This document shows, piece after piece, positions 46,287 to 56,568 of a stretch of DNA of 64,000 bases. Origin of the DNA: Faecousia sp. Its GTDB lineage: Bacteria; Bacillota; Clostridia; Oscillospirales; Oscillospiraceae. The notes under the pieces are model-generated. The model saw only the letters and a program-made list of their open reading frames with translations. It did not search any database and was not told the DNA's origin. The DNA lies in NCBI GenBank assembly GCA_045606205.1, contig JAZURL010000046.1, forward strand, positions 13,555 through 77,554, written 5' to 3'. The position numbers were made by a program, and so were the translations under genes. Position 1 is the stretch's first letter, and every line of letters begins with the position of its first letter.

Positions 46287-46479
46287 ATCCCGCTTTGGCC
46301 GTGTGCATCCGATTATGACCTGCACCATAAGGCAGGTGGGTCGCCGCTCCCGATCTTAGCTGCTCCCAACGTCCGCCATACGTCAAAGCGCAGGCGGGAG
46401 GTCTGCAATCCAACCGGGAAACTGGCATCCCTATTAATAAATGTGGGTCCAAAAGGACACATCACGCACCAAGCAGGAA
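46287..46479 (-). ncRNA. ssrS: 6S RNA
   Basis: About 190-nt rod: 5' UCCUGCUUGGUGCGUG pairs with 3' CACGGCCAAAGCGGGA; internal GGCGACCCACCUG...CAGGU motif typical of Firmicute 6S; followed by a terminator. Confidence 0.8.
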
Positions 46480-46483
46480 AAAA

Positions 46484-46756
46484 TCAGTCTTCGTCACATT
46501 CCTGGAACAGGGATTCCATAACCAGCGCATTCACGGCTTCCAGTTCCGCTTCATCCTCAATGACGCACAAAATTGGTTCGCCGTCTTCCTCAACAGATTT
46601 AAGAAGGAGCACTTCCGGGGTCAAATCCTCGGATGCCGGAATCGCTGCAATATAGCTTGCGCCGTTGTATTCCAGTGTAGAGAGTACTTCCAGCTCATAT
46701 TCTTTGCCGTCTTCATCCATAATGGTAATGAAATCAGAACCAAACTGATCCGCCAT
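46484..46756 (-). CDS. DUF1292 family acidic protein
   Basis: ITIMDEDGKEYELEVL..LEYNG..Y, IEDEAELEAV. Confidence 0.88.
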   Translation of the reverse strand: MADQFGSDFITIMDEDGKEYELEVLSTLEYNGASYIAAIPASEDLTPEVLLLKSVEEDGEPILCVIEDEAELEAVNALVMESLFQECDED

Positions 46757-46870
46757 GATCCCATCCTCCTGTTTTTTTCTATATCTTACCGCATTTAGAG
46801 GATAAAATCAACTGACATATTTCGGATGATGATATCTTAATATATGCGCTATAATTGAAATTGTGCTTTC

Positions 46871-47095
46871 TTATGAAAAATAATCTTGAATCAGTTTGTA
46901 AAGCTCGTTCAGGCTGTCAACATGAACCCCGGCTTCAAGACGCTTCTGGTCTTCCTCAGGGAACATGGATGCCTGATAGGGGAAGACCTTTATGGGATCT
47001 TTCTGATTGTCTTTCCACAGGGCGACCCTGCCTTCGTGAATGCCCAAAATAAAACCGATCAACAAAATATTGGCAAGTATTGTTCGTTTCGACAT
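46871..47095 (-). CDS. BofC C-terminal-domain-like small protein
   Basis: LGIHEGRVALW...FPEEDQKRLEAGVHV..LNELYKLIQDY pattern; AAGGAGG RBS; CATACTA -10 upstream. Confidence 0.7.
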   Translation of the reverse strand: MSKRTILANILLIGFILGIHEGRVALWKDNQKDPIKVFPYQASMFPEEDQKRLEAGVHVDSLNELYKLIQDYFS

Positions 47096-47264
47096 GACTC
47101 AACCTCCTTACGGAGATAGTATGTCTGGATTTTTTCTCTTTATTAACAAATTAGGGCTTTCGTTTTTTATTGGGGTATGCTATAATTATACGGCTAGTCC
47201 TATGCGATTATGCTGACAGCAGGTGTTCAGATCCTTTTTTATGCTGTCATATGGAGGTAACGAT

Positions 47265-49967
47265 ATGGAATACGAACATAATGAAGATGTGCGCCGTGTC
47301 TCCAGACAATCCTGGATTCCGCCGAAGTCTGTGCGTGTCCTGCACGGTTTTTGGAAAGGTGCCTACTCTTTTATAAAGATCCTTTTGGGCGCGCTGGCCA
47401 CGGTGCTTGCCATTACTGCCATCTGCCTGTTTGCCTTTGTTGGTCTGCTGGCGGATTATCTGGACAGTGATGAGATACTGGGCAGTGCAGAAGTGGTCAT
47501 GGGCGATTTTGATCAGAGTGGCAATTCTGTGATGTACTACACCGATGCCAACGGCGAGATCCAGGTGCTTCAGCGCCTTCATGCAGAGACGGATGAAGAC
47601 TGGGCCAGCTATGATGAGATCCCTCAGAATCTGATCTATGCGGCGGTGGCTATTGAGGATCACCGTTTCTTCGAGCATCAGGGCGTTGACTGGATTCCGA
47701 CCATCAAGGCATGCGTCAGTATGTTTGTAGGTGGCCGGGAATTTGGCGGTTCGTCCATTACGCAGCAGTTGATCAAGAATTTGTATTTGGAATACGACGA
47801 ATCGGCTGACGATGTGACGGTCCAGCGTAAGGTACTTGAGATTTTCCGCGCCACTGAATTTGAAAAGCGATACGATAAGAAATATATTATCGAGTGGTAC
47901 CTCAACAAAATCTATCTCGGAGAGCGATGCAAGGGCATCAAGCCGGCAGCGGCAGAATATTTCGGCAAAGAGCTGGAAGATCTGAATACGGCGGAGTGCG
48001 CGGCGCTGATCAGCATTACAAACAATCCCTCACTGTTCAATCCCTACCGTACAGGCTTGGATAATTATAAGGGTGAACAGCTGACCGGTGCAGAGCGGAA
48101 CAAGCGTCGGCGGGAAGATACCATGTATATGATGCGCGAGTATGGTTGGCTGACGGATGAAGAGTATCAGCAGGCACTGACGGACAGTGAGAATCTGACA
48201 CTTAAGCGTGGCATTGACGAAGATGACCGTTACAGTGACTGTATCAATGAAGACTGCGGTTATCACGGCAAGGTCGGAACTTTCATCGCAAAACAAGACG
48301 GTAAGACCTATTGCCCCCAGTGTGGGAAAGCAACAACGGTTGGCAATGACGCTTCCCGGGAGGTTTACTCCTGGTTCGTGGATGTGGTTCTTGAAGAGGT
48401 TGCACAGCTGTTCTGCGAACGGGGCGGTGTGAACTGGGAAACGGCTGATACGGACGCCAAACAGGATTTTAAGCGCCTCGTCTGCCAAAGTGGCCTGCAT
48501 ATCTACACCACGTTGGATATGTCAGCTCAAAAGCAGGTGGATAAGATCTATACCGATCTGAATGAGATTCCCGATACGGACAGTATCCAGCAGCTTCAGT
48601 CCGGCATTGTCGTTATAGATAACGATTCCGGTGACATCGTTGCCATCGCCGGCGGTGTTGGTGAAAAGAATGTCCATGATGCTTACAGTAAGGCTACGGA
48701 CTCCAAGCTGCAGCCAGGTTCTTCCATTAAGCCTTTGACGGTTTATGCACCTGCCTTTGAGCTGGGCGTGCTGAATCCTGCCTCTGTTGTGGACGATCTG
48801 CCTTTCTATTATGTGGATAGCAGTCCTTTCCCCAGAAACTCCAACCGGCAGTATTCCTATTCCAGAACTGTTTTGAGCGCCGTCAAGGATTCTGTAAACG
48901 CCAGTGCCATCAAGGGCCTGGACATTATGGGGCGCGAATATTCCTTTAACTTCGCCAAGGATAAATTCCATCTTTCCACATTGGTGAAAGAGTATACCAA
49001 CTCCAGCGGAAAGATCTTTACAGACGTTGACTGGGCACCTTTGGGCCTGGGCGCACCCACAGTCGGTGTGACAGTCCGCGATATGTGTACCGCGTATGCA
49101 ACATTTGCCAATAACGGCATTTACCGCGATGCCCGGACCTATACGTTGATCTATGATAACGACGGTATGCTTGTGCACCATAATGAGCAGAAGGCCGAAC
49201 AGATCCTAAGCGCCAAGACAGTGGATTATATGAACTACTGCCTGGCGGAGGTAGTCAAAAGCGGTACTGCCGATGATCTTCGCTTTAGTTTTGATAAGAA
49301 CTATGAGATTTACGGTAAGACCGGTACGACCACCAGTGCCAAAGACCGTTGGTTCTGCGGCTTTACCGGACATTATACTGCTTCGGTTTGGACGGGATAT
49401 GATATGCCCGAGGCGATCACCGGTGGTGGCGGTAGCGCGGCAGCTCGTACACTTTGGAGAAAAGTCATGGAGCCCTTGCATTACGGCTTGGAATCAAAGA
49501 GCCTGTATAATTCCGGAAATTTTGTGTCCACACAGGTCTGTAAGGATTGCGGCAAGCTTGCTACCTCTGCCTGCTCCATGGATGTCAGAACCCATGAGCA
49601 CGGGCTTGGACGTGTGGAGACTGTGTTGGTGTATCCCGAGGATGTGCCCACCCAGTCCTGTGACTGCCATGTGGTCGTGGACTACTGCACCGACTGTAGG
49701 GCAGTGGCCAATTCAGGCTGTACCCATGTTGTGAAGCGTTCCCTGGTAAAGATGACCCAGTCCAAGGTCAATGAGATCAAAAAGGCTTCCAGTGTTGGTC
49801 TGTGGTCGTCCTGCAGAGGTGAAAATTATATCTACCTTGTGGACAAGTATGGGAATCCCGCTGCATTTTACGGCTTCAACGGAGACAAGAATCTCGGCTT
49901 AAGTGTGCCGTATCTTACCTGCTATATTCACGACGACATCCCGGAATTGCCTATTTTGATCGAGTAA
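47265..49967 (+). CDS. Class A penicillin-binding protein (GT51 + transpeptidase)
   Basis: EDHRFFEHQG, GGSSITQQL, RKVLE, YLN; SSIK, SVN, KTG. Confidence 0.92.
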   Translation: MEYEHNEDVRRVSRQSWIPPKSVRVLHGFWKGAYSFIKILLGALATVLAITAICLFAFVGLLADYLDSDEILGSAEVVMGDFDQSGNSVMYYTDANGEIQVLQRLHAETDEDWASYDEIPQNLIYAAVAIEDHRFFEHQGVDWIPTIKACVSMFVGGREFGGSSITQQLIKNLYLEYDESADDVTVQRKVLEIFRATEFEKRYDKKYIIEWYLNKIYLGERCKGIKPAAAEYFGKELEDLNTAECAALISITNNPSLFNPYRTGLDNYKGEQLTGAERNKRRREDTMYMMREYGWLTDEEYQQALTDSENLTLKRGIDEDDRYSDCINEDCGYHGKVGTFIAKQDGKTYCPQCGKATTVGNDASREVYSWFVDVVLEEVAQLFCERGGVNWETADTDAKQDFKRLVCQSGLHIYTTLDMSAQKQVDKIYTDLNEIPDTDSIQQLQSGIVVIDNDSGDIVAIAGGVGEKNVHDAYSKATDSKLQPGSSIKPLTVYAPAFELGVLNPASVVDDLPFYYVDSSPFPRNSNRQYSYSRTVLSAVKDSVNASAIKGLDIMGREYSFNFAKDKFHLSTLVKEYTNSSGKIFTDVDWAPLGLGAPTVGVTVRDMCTAYATFANNGIYRDARTYTLIYDNDGMLVHHNEQKAEQILSAKTVDYMNYCLAEVVKSGTADDLRFSFDKNYEIYGKTGTTTSAKDRWFCGFTGHYTASVWTGYDMPEAITGGGGSAAARTLWRKVMEPLHYGLESKSLYNSGNFVSTQVCKDCGKLATSACSMDVRTHEHGLGRVETVLVYPEDVPTQSCDCHVVVDYCTDCRAVANSGCTHVVKRSLVKMTQSKVNEIKKASSVGLWSSCRGENYIYLVDKYGNPAAFYGFNGDKNLGLSVPYLTCYIHDDIPELPILIE

Positions 49968-49979
49968 AAGGAGATTGCC

Positions 49980-50846
49980 ATGATTTGGTTATCCGATGAG
50001 TGGAAAGAATATGAGGTGTTGGATACCTCTGACGGAGAACGTCTGGAGCGGTGGGGCAGGTACCTTTTGGTACGCCCCGACCCCCAGGTTATTTGGAACA
50101 CACCCAAGACCCATCCGGGCTGGAAGAAGTATGATGCCAGATACCTGCGCTCCAACACAGGCGGTGGTCATTGGTCTGACCATAAACTCCCTGAGCGCTG
50201 GCAGATCCACTATAAGGACTATTTGACGTTTAATGTCAAGCCTATGAATTTTAAGCACACCGGTGTATTTCCGGAGCAGGCGGCAAACTGGGATTTTATC
50301 CGGGAGAAGTGCGCAAATGCCGGACGTCCGGTACGTGTGCTGAATTTGTTTGCCTATTCCGGCGGTGCAACATTAGCCGCAGCGGCAGGTGGGGCAGAGG
50401 TATATCACGTGGATGCATCCAAGGGTATGGTTGCCTGGGCTAAGGAAAATGCCCAGGCCTCCGGTCTTGCAGACCGTCCGATCCATTGGATCGTGGACGA
50501 CTGCGGCAAGTTCATTCAGCGGGAGATTCGCCGCGGCCGCCGTTATGACGGCATTATTATGGATCCTCCCAGTTATGGCCGGGGGCCCAGCGGCGAGATT
50601 TGGAAAATGGAAACAAGCTTCTATCCATTCCTGCTGGAAACCGCAAAACTATTGACAGATAATCCCTTATTTGTCATCATCAATTCCTACACCACAGGTC
50701 TTGCGCCCTCTGCTGTAGGATATGCATCGGATGTTGTCTTTGGCGCGGAGCACGGCGGAAAGACCACTGTTGGAGAACTGGGTCTGCCTGTACAATCCAC
50801 GGGTATCATGTTACCCTGTGGCTCCACCGGTCGCTGGACACCTTGA
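49980..50846 (+). CDS. Class I SAM-dependent methyltransferase (RlmI/RlmK-like)
   Basis: KHTGVFPEQA, VLNLFAYSGG, VDAS, MDPPSY. Confidence 0.85.
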   Translation: MIWLSDEWKEYEVLDTSDGERLERWGRYLLVRPDPQVIWNTPKTHPGWKKYDARYLRSNTGGGHWSDHKLPERWQIHYKDYLTFNVKPMNFKHTGVFPEQAANWDFIREKCANAGRPVRVLNLFAYSGGATLAAAAGGAEVYHVDASKGMVAWAKENAQASGLADRPIHWIVDDCGKFIQREIRRGRRYDGIIMDPPSYGRGPSGEIWKMETSFYPFLLETAKLLTDNPLFVIINSYTTGLAPSAVGYASDVVFGAEHGGKTTVGELGLPVQSTGIMLPCGSTGRWTP

Positions 50847-50862
50847 TTTGGAGGAATGTCAT

Positions 50863-51711
50863 TTGGGCATTGCAATCAGAGTCGAAAATTTGGCATATAC
50901 TTATCCGGGCGTGGATGACACGCCCGGCGTGCGTGTATTTGAGGATCTATCATTGACCATCGAGGAGGGCAGCTTTACTGCGGTTCTCGGCGGCAACGGA
51001 TGCGGAAAATCCACCCTTGCCAAGCATTTCAATTCCATACTTTTGCCCTGCGGCGGCAAGGTGCATGTTTTCGGCATGGATACTATGAACGAAGAAAAAC
51101 TGCTTACCATCCGTAGGACAACGGGCATGGTGTTCCAAAATCCGGATAACCAAATTGTTGCCAATGTTGTGGAAGAGGATGTGGCTTTTGGACCGGAGAA
51201 TTTAGGTATTTCCAGCCCGGAGATCCGCCGCAGAGTGGACTTTGCGCTGCAACAGGTTGGTATGTACGAATACCGGGAGCATGCGCCCCATTTGCTGTCC
51301 GGTGGTCAGAAGCAGCGGATTGCCATTGCGGGAATCATCGCTATGGAGCCAAAATGCATCGTGTTGGACGAACCAACTGCTATGCTGGATCCCCGTGGGC
51401 GTCGGGAGGTCATGGAAACCATCGAAAAGCTGAACAGGGAAAAGGGGATCACCGTTATTCTCATTACCCATCATATGGATGAGGCTGCCCGCGCTGGACG
51501 TGTTATCGTGCTGAACAAGGGCACGGTTGCTGCCGATGGAACACCGCAAGAGGTGTTTTGTCAGGTAGAATTGCTGCACAGCATTGGTCTTGCAGCCCCG
51601 GAAACTGTAGAACTTTGTTGGAAATTAAACCAAATGGGTGCCGATCTGCCTCTTGACAGATTGACCCCGGAAGAATGCGCGCAGGCACTTTTAGAATATT
51701 GGAAGGCCTGA
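50863..51711 (+). CDS. ecfA1: ECF transporter ATPase A
   Basis: GGNGCGKST, VFQNPDNQ, LSGGQKQR, DEPTAMLDP. Confidence 0.9.
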   Translation: MGIAIRVENLAYTYPGVDDTPGVRVFEDLSLTIEEGSFTAVLGGNGCGKSTLAKHFNSILLPCGGKVHVFGMDTMNEEKLLTIRRTTGMVFQNPDNQIVANVVEEDVAFGPENLGISSPEIRRRVDFALQQVGMYEYREHAPHLLSGGQKQRIAIAGIIAMEPKCIVLDEPTAMLDPRGRREVMETIEKLNREKGITVILITHHMDEAARAGRVIVLNKGTVAADGTPQEVFCQVELLHSIGLAAPETVELCWKLNQMGADLPLDRLTPEECAQALLEYWKA

Positions 51712-51731
51712 CCCGCTGGAGGTAGAAATTA

Positions 51732-52586
51732 TTGACACCGATTTTAGAGATTCAGAATCTGACTCATATTTACAGCGCCGGTACTCCGTTTGAGCACACG
51801 GCGCTGGAAAACGTGTCTTTTTCGGTGGAACGCGGAGAATTTATCGGTATTATTGGCCACACAGGCTCCGGTAAATCTACACTGATGCAGCATTTAAACG
51901 GACTTCTAAAGCCTACATCCGGTCAAATTTTGCTGGATGGTACGGATATTTGGTCAGATAAGTTCCTTACGCGTCAGGCCCGTTTTCGTGTTGGACTTGT
52001 GTTCCAATATCCGGAATACCAGCTTTTTGAGGAGACGGTATATAAAGATATTGCGTTTGGTCCGAAAAATATGGGCCTTTCCAAGGGTGAAATCGACCGC
52101 CGGGTGCGTGAAGCAGCCAGTTTTGTTGGACTGACGGATGCGCAGCTGGAAGCATCTCCCTTTGATTTGTCCGGCGGTCAGAAGCGCCGGGTGGCGATTG
52201 CTGGCGTAATTGCCATGGAGCCTGAAGTGCTGATTCTGGACGAGCCTACAGCCGGATTGGATCCCGCCGGTCGTGCGGAGATTTTGCAAAACATTGAAAG
52301 CTACCGGAAAGCAAAGAATGCCACCATTATGATGGTGAGCCATTCTATGAACGATGTGGCACTTTTGACGGATCGTTTGATCGTGATGAACGGCGCACAC
52401 CTTGCTATGGACGGTACCCCCCAGGAGGTTTTCTCCCATGCATGGGACTTGGTTGATATGGGTCTGGATATCCCTGAGGTGACGCAGGTGTTCCTACAGC
52501 TACGAAAATTGGGATTGAAGCTGCCGCCTGTTTATACCATGGAGCAGGCCATCGATGCCCTGAAAGGGGGGATCGTTGGTGCTTAA
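51732..52586 (+). CDS. ecfA2: ECF transporter ATPase A'
   Basis: GTPFE, GHTGSGKST, VFQYPEYQLFEE, LSGGQKRR. Confidence 0.9.
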   Translation: MTPILEIQNLTHIYSAGTPFEHTALENVSFSVERGEFIGIIGHTGSGKSTLMQHLNGLLKPTSGQILLDGTDIWSDKFLTRQARFRVGLVFQYPEYQLFEETVYKDIAFGPKNMGLSKGEIDRRVREAASFVGLTDAQLEASPFDLSGGQKRRVAIAGVIAMEPEVLILDEPTAGLDPAGRAEILQNIESYRKAKNATIMMVSHSMNDVALLTDRLIVMNGAHLAMDGTPQEVFSHAWDLVDMGLDIPEVTQVFLQLRKLGLKLPPVYTMEQAIDALKGGIVGA

Positions 52587-53385
52587 GGATATTACGTTAG
52601 GACAATATTTCCCGGGGAATTCCGTGATTCACCGACTGGATCCCAGAACAAAGCTTGTGATGCTGGTGGTCTATATTGTGGCACTGTTTCTTGCAGGCGG
52701 TCCGGCATCCTACGGCCTTTTGCTGGCGCTTTTGCTGACCTGCATTGGAATCTCCGGTATCCCCGTCAAGGCATTTCTGCGGGGTATGAAACCGTTGGTA
52801 TTCATTCTGATTTTTACCGGTATTCTAAATCTGCTGTTTACCCAGGGTGAGCGAGTTTTGGTGTCCTTTTGGATCATTACCATCACGTTGGAGGGCGTTG
52901 TGCGCTCTATTTATATGATGGCGCGGATTTTGATGCTCATTGCCGGCACATTTTTGCTGACATATACCACTTCTCCGATTGCCTTAACAGACGGCCTGGA
53001 GTCTCTTCTGAACCCCTTGAAGAAGATTAAAGTACCTGTCCACGAGCTGGCAATGATGATGTGTATTGCACTTCGCTTCATTCCCACACTCATCGAGGAA
53101 ACAGATAAGATCATGTCAGCGCAGAAGGCCCGCGGTGCGGATTTTGAAACGGGCAAGCTGATGGACAGGGTCAAAGCACTTGTGCCGATTTTGGTGCCGC
53201 TGTTTATCAGTGCATTCCGTCGTGCAGACGAATTAGCTACCGCCATGGAATGCCGCTGCTACCACGGCGGTGATGGCAGAACGAAAATGAAGCTATTGCG
53301 CTACAAGCGCCGGGATTTCTGCGCCTATGGCATCGGTATTTTGGTGCTTGCTGCGGTAATCCTGCTGACCCGGTTCGGACTGTGA
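52579..53385 (+). CDS. ecfT: ECF transporter transmembrane component T
   Basis: DITLGQY, LDPRTK, ALRFIP, AQKARG, AMECRCY. Confidence 0.92.
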   Translation: MLKDITLGQYFPGNSVIHRLDPRTKLVMLVVYIVALFLAGGPASYGLLLALLLTCIGISGIPVKAFLRGMKPLVFILIFTGILNLLFTQGERVLVSFWIITITLEGVVRSIYMMARILMLIAGTFLLTYTTSPIALTDGLESLLNPLKKIKVPVHELAMMMCIALRFIPTLIEETDKIMSAQKARGADFETGKLMDRVKALVPILVPLFISAFRRADELATAMECRCYHGGDGRTKMKLLRYKRRDFCAYGIGILVLAAVILLTRFGL

Positions 53386-53392
53386 GGCTGCT

Positions 53393-54163
53393 ATGCGAAA
53401 TATTGCTGTCTTTTTAAAATATTTGGGTACGGACTACCACGGCTGGCAGATGCAGAAAAATCTTCCCACTGTGCAGGAGACTTTGGAAAAAGCCATTGGC
53501 ATGCTGACAGGGGAGAAGGTGCATGTCACCGGCTGTGGACGTACTGATGCAGGCGTTCACGCCAAGTGCTATGTGGCAAATTTCCGTACGGACTCCACAA
53601 TCCCGGTGGAGCGGCTTCCCTATGCGCTGAACACCCATTTGCCTGCTGATATTGTGGTGACGAAAGCATTCGATGTCCACGAGGATTTCAATGCCATCGG
53701 TTCCTGTGCCCGAAAGGAATATACCTATCTGATCTACAATTCCCGGGTCAAAGACCCTTTTTATGTTAATCGTGCGTGGTTTTATCCCAAGCATTTGGAT
53801 GAGAGGATCATGCAGGCTGCTGCTGACCAGTTTGTGGGTACGCACGATTTTGCGGCGGTGAGAAGCGTAGGCACAGATGTAAAATCCACCGTAAGAACTG
53901 TATACTATTATAAGGTAGAGCGAGATGAAGACTTGATTTCGCTGCGTGTTTGTGCCAACGGTTTTCTCTATAACATGGCCCGCGCAATGGCCGGAACAAT
54001 TGTTTATGCTGCTGAAGGAAAGATCAAGCCCGAGGAGATCGGCGCGATCCTGGGTTCCGGTAATCGTACCGCGGCAGGTCCGACTGTGCCTGCTGGCGGG
54101 CTTTACATGACCCACCTGTGGTATGATGACGGAGTGGAAAAATTTGAGTGCAGCAGTACTTGA
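53393..54163 (+). CDS. truA: tRNA pseudouridine(38-40) synthase
   Basis: YHGWQ, GCGRTDAGVHA, GTHDF, NGFLYNM. Confidence 0.95.
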   Translation: MRNIAVFLKYLGTDYHGWQMQKNLPTVQETLEKAIGMLTGEKVHVTGCGRTDAGVHAKCYVANFRTDSTIPVERLPYALNTHLPADIVVTKAFDVHEDFNAIGSCARKEYTYLIYNSRVKDPFYVNRAWFYPKHLDERIMQAAADQFVGTHDFAAVRSVGTDVKSTVRTVYYYKVERDEDLISLRVCANGFLYNMARAMAGTIVYAAEGKIKPEEIGAILGSGNRTAAGPTVPAGGLYMTHLWYDDGVEKFECSST

Positions 54164-54232
54164 TTTGTTCAAAATTTGTTTTATTTTTTCCTTGCAGAAT
54201 GTGTTATACTGCCTGGAAAGGAGTGAATGATT

Positions 54233-56533
54233 ATGCAGCCGAAACTGTGTACCAAATGTAAGAAGAATATTGCAGTTGTTTTCATTACAAAGATCGAAAA
54301 CGGCAACACCTTGAATGAGGGATATTGCCTAAAATGTGCACGTAGTTTAGGCATTCCCCAAATTGAGCAGGCTGTGAAAAATATGGGATTTTCTGACGAT
54401 GACCTGGATAACCTCAGTGACGAGATGAGCAGCATGTTCGGTCAGATTGACCAAGGTGATGGCGAGGACGACGATATGGACAGCCGTACCGCCACATTCC
54501 CTATGCTGAATCAGCTGTTTGGCGCAGGCCATCTGCCTGCACAGGGTGATGGCAATCTTCCTGCTAAACGTAAGGAGCAAGAGGAAAAGGGTGGGGAAGA
54601 AGCCACGAAAAAGAAGAACAAAAAGCATAAATTTCTGGACGCTTACTGCATGAACCTCACCGGTCGCGCCCGTGAGGGAAGGCTGGATGCTGTTATTGGA
54701 CGGGATGTGGAAACGGAACGCGTGATCCAGATCCTGAACCGTCGACAAAAAAATAATCCCTGTCTGAACGGTGAGCCCGGCGTTGGCAAAACTGCCATTG
54801 CAGAAGGTCTTGCCCAGCGGATTGCTAGTGGTAATGTGCCCTTTAAGCTTCGTGACAAGGAAGTGTTTTTGCTGGATCTGACCGCCTTGGTGGCCGGAAC
54901 CCAGTTCCGCGGCCAGTTTGAAAGTCGCATGAAGAGCCTGATCGGCGAGGTCAAGGAATGCGGCAATATTATCCTTGTCATCGATGAAGTGCATAACCTG
55001 GTAGGCGCAGGCGATGCGGAAGGTTCTATGAATGCCGCTAATATATTAAAGCCTGCACTATCCCGGGGCGAGATCCAAGTGATTGGTGCGACTACTTTTA
55101 ACGAATACCGCAAGCACATTGAAAAAGATGCTGCATTGGAACGCCGCTTCCAGCCGGTTACCGTGGCTGAGCCTACCATTGAGGAAGCCAGCCAGATCAT
55201 GCAGGGCATTGCACCTAAATATGCCGAGTTCCACGGTGTTTCCATTTCTCCTGAGATTGCCCGACAGTGCGTTGTGCTTTCCGAGAGATATATTACGGAT
55301 CGCTTCCTGCCGGATAAGTCCATCGACCTGCTGGACGAAGCCTGTTCCGATGTCAATCTGCGATGCGAGGAGATCTCTCGACTGGCACAGCTGCGTAAGG
55401 AGCGGGACGATTATGAGTTGGAACTGCAAATGCTCACAGAGGATACGGAAAATGAGCATTATGAGCGCCTTGCCCATCTGCGTAGCCGTTTATGTCAGAT
55501 TGCCGCAGAAATTGAAAAACTGGAACAAGTGCCGCCACCGGCCGTGACCATTGAAAACCTGGCCCGGATCATCGAACTGTGGACGAAGATCCCTGCCTCC
55601 AAGATTAAGGCCCAAGAATATGAGCAGATCAGCGGCCTTGCTGACCGCCTGCGCCAGCATATTGTGGGACAGGACGAGGCTGTGAATGCAGTCGCCAAGG
55701 CCATTCGCCGCCATCGGGTAGGCATTTCCCCAAAAAAGCGCCCGGTATCGTTCATTTTTGTTGGTCCCACCGGTGTTGGTAAGACGGAATTAGTTAAGTG
55801 CCTTGCAAATGATCTGTTTGACTCCGTTGACAGTCTGATTCGGCTGGATATGTCCGAATTTATGGAGAAGCACACTGTTTCAAAACTGATCGGTTCGCCT
55901 CCCGGATATATCGGCTATGACGAAGCAGGGCAGTTGACAGAAAAGATTCGCCGCAAGCCCTATTCTGTGGTGTTGTTTGATGAGATCGAAAAGGCACACC
56001 CGGATGTTCTGAATATCCTCCTGCAGGTGTTGGATGACGGCCGTATTACCGATGCTCAAGGGCGAGTGGTGAATTTTGAGAATACCATCATTGTTATGAC
56101 CTCCAACGCAGGCAGTGAGGGCCGCGTGGCCGGCCTTGGATTTGGCAGGACGCAGAATGATCAGGTGAAGGAAAAGACCATGGGTGCCTTGCGCGAGTTC
56201 TTGCGGCCGGAGTTTATCAACCGGGTAGATGAGATCATTACCTTCAATCATCTGACAGAAGAGAATTTCAGAGGCATCGCCAAGATCATGCTGAAAGAAT
56301 TGTCCGATTGCCTGACAGACCGTGGCTTAACTGTCACATTCAGCGACGATGTGGTGGAGTATCTGGTGAAAAAGGCATTTTCCACCATCTATGGCGCCCG
56401 AAATTTGCGCCGGACGATCCAGCGCGACCTTGAAGATCCCATTTCTGAACGGATTATTGCATCTTTTGAAAATCCAATTTCTACTATTGACATCTGTGTA
56501 GAAAATGATGAAATTGTGGTAAAATCCAGATAA
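54233..56533 (+). CDS. Clp protease ATPase with two AAA+ modules and a ClpE-like N-terminal zinc finger
   Basis: CTKC...CLKC; GEPGVGKT and GPTGVGKT; DEIEKAH; LGF ClpP-docking loop. Confidence 0.9.
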   Translation: MQPKLCTKCKKNIAVVFITKIENGNTLNEGYCLKCARSLGIPQIEQAVKNMGFSDDDLDNLSDEMSSMFGQIDQGDGEDDDMDSRTATFPMLNQLFGAGHLPAQGDGNLPAKRKEQEEKGGEEATKKKNKKHKFLDAYCMNLTGRAREGRLDAVIGRDVETERVIQILNRRQKNNPCLNGEPGVGKTAIAEGLAQRIASGNVPFKLRDKEVFLLDLTALVAGTQFRGQFESRMKSLIGEVKECGNIILVIDEVHNLVGAGDAEGSMNAANILKPALSRGEIQVIGATTFNEYRKHIEKDAALERRFQPVTVAEPTIEEASQIMQGIAPKYAEFHGVSISPEIARQCVVLSERYITDRFLPDKSIDLLDEACSDVNLRCEEISRLAQLRKERDDYELELQMLTEDTENEHYERLAHLRSRLCQIAAEIEKLEQVPPPAVTIENLARIIELWTKIPASKIKAQEYEQISGLADRLRQHIVGQDEAVNAVAKAIRRHRVGISPKKRPVSFIFVGPTGVGKTELVKCLANDLFDSVDSLIRLDMSEFMEKHTVSKLIGSPPGYIGYDEAGQLTEKIRRKPYSVVLFDEIEKAHPDVLNILLQVLDDGRITDAQGRVVNFENTIIVMTSNAGSEGRVAGLGFGRTQNDQVKEKTMGALREFLRPEFINRVDEIITFNHLTEENFRGIAKIMLKELSDCLTDRGLTVTFSDDVVEYLVKKAFSTIYGARNLRRTIQRDLEDPISERIIASFENPISTIDICVENDEIVVKSR

Positions 56534-56537
56534 ATTG

Positions 56538-56568
56538 AGCCGGGAAGCATGACACTTCCCGGCTTTTG
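56538..56568. terminator. Bidirectional terminator
   Basis: agccgggaag-catgaca-cttcccggcttttg. Confidence 0.75.

Noticed and set aside
54761-54793. Clp ATPase has CLNGEPGVGKT instead of the usual CLIGEPGVGKT
   Set aside because: A single-base change outside the invariant Walker A residues; may be a variant or sequencing error.
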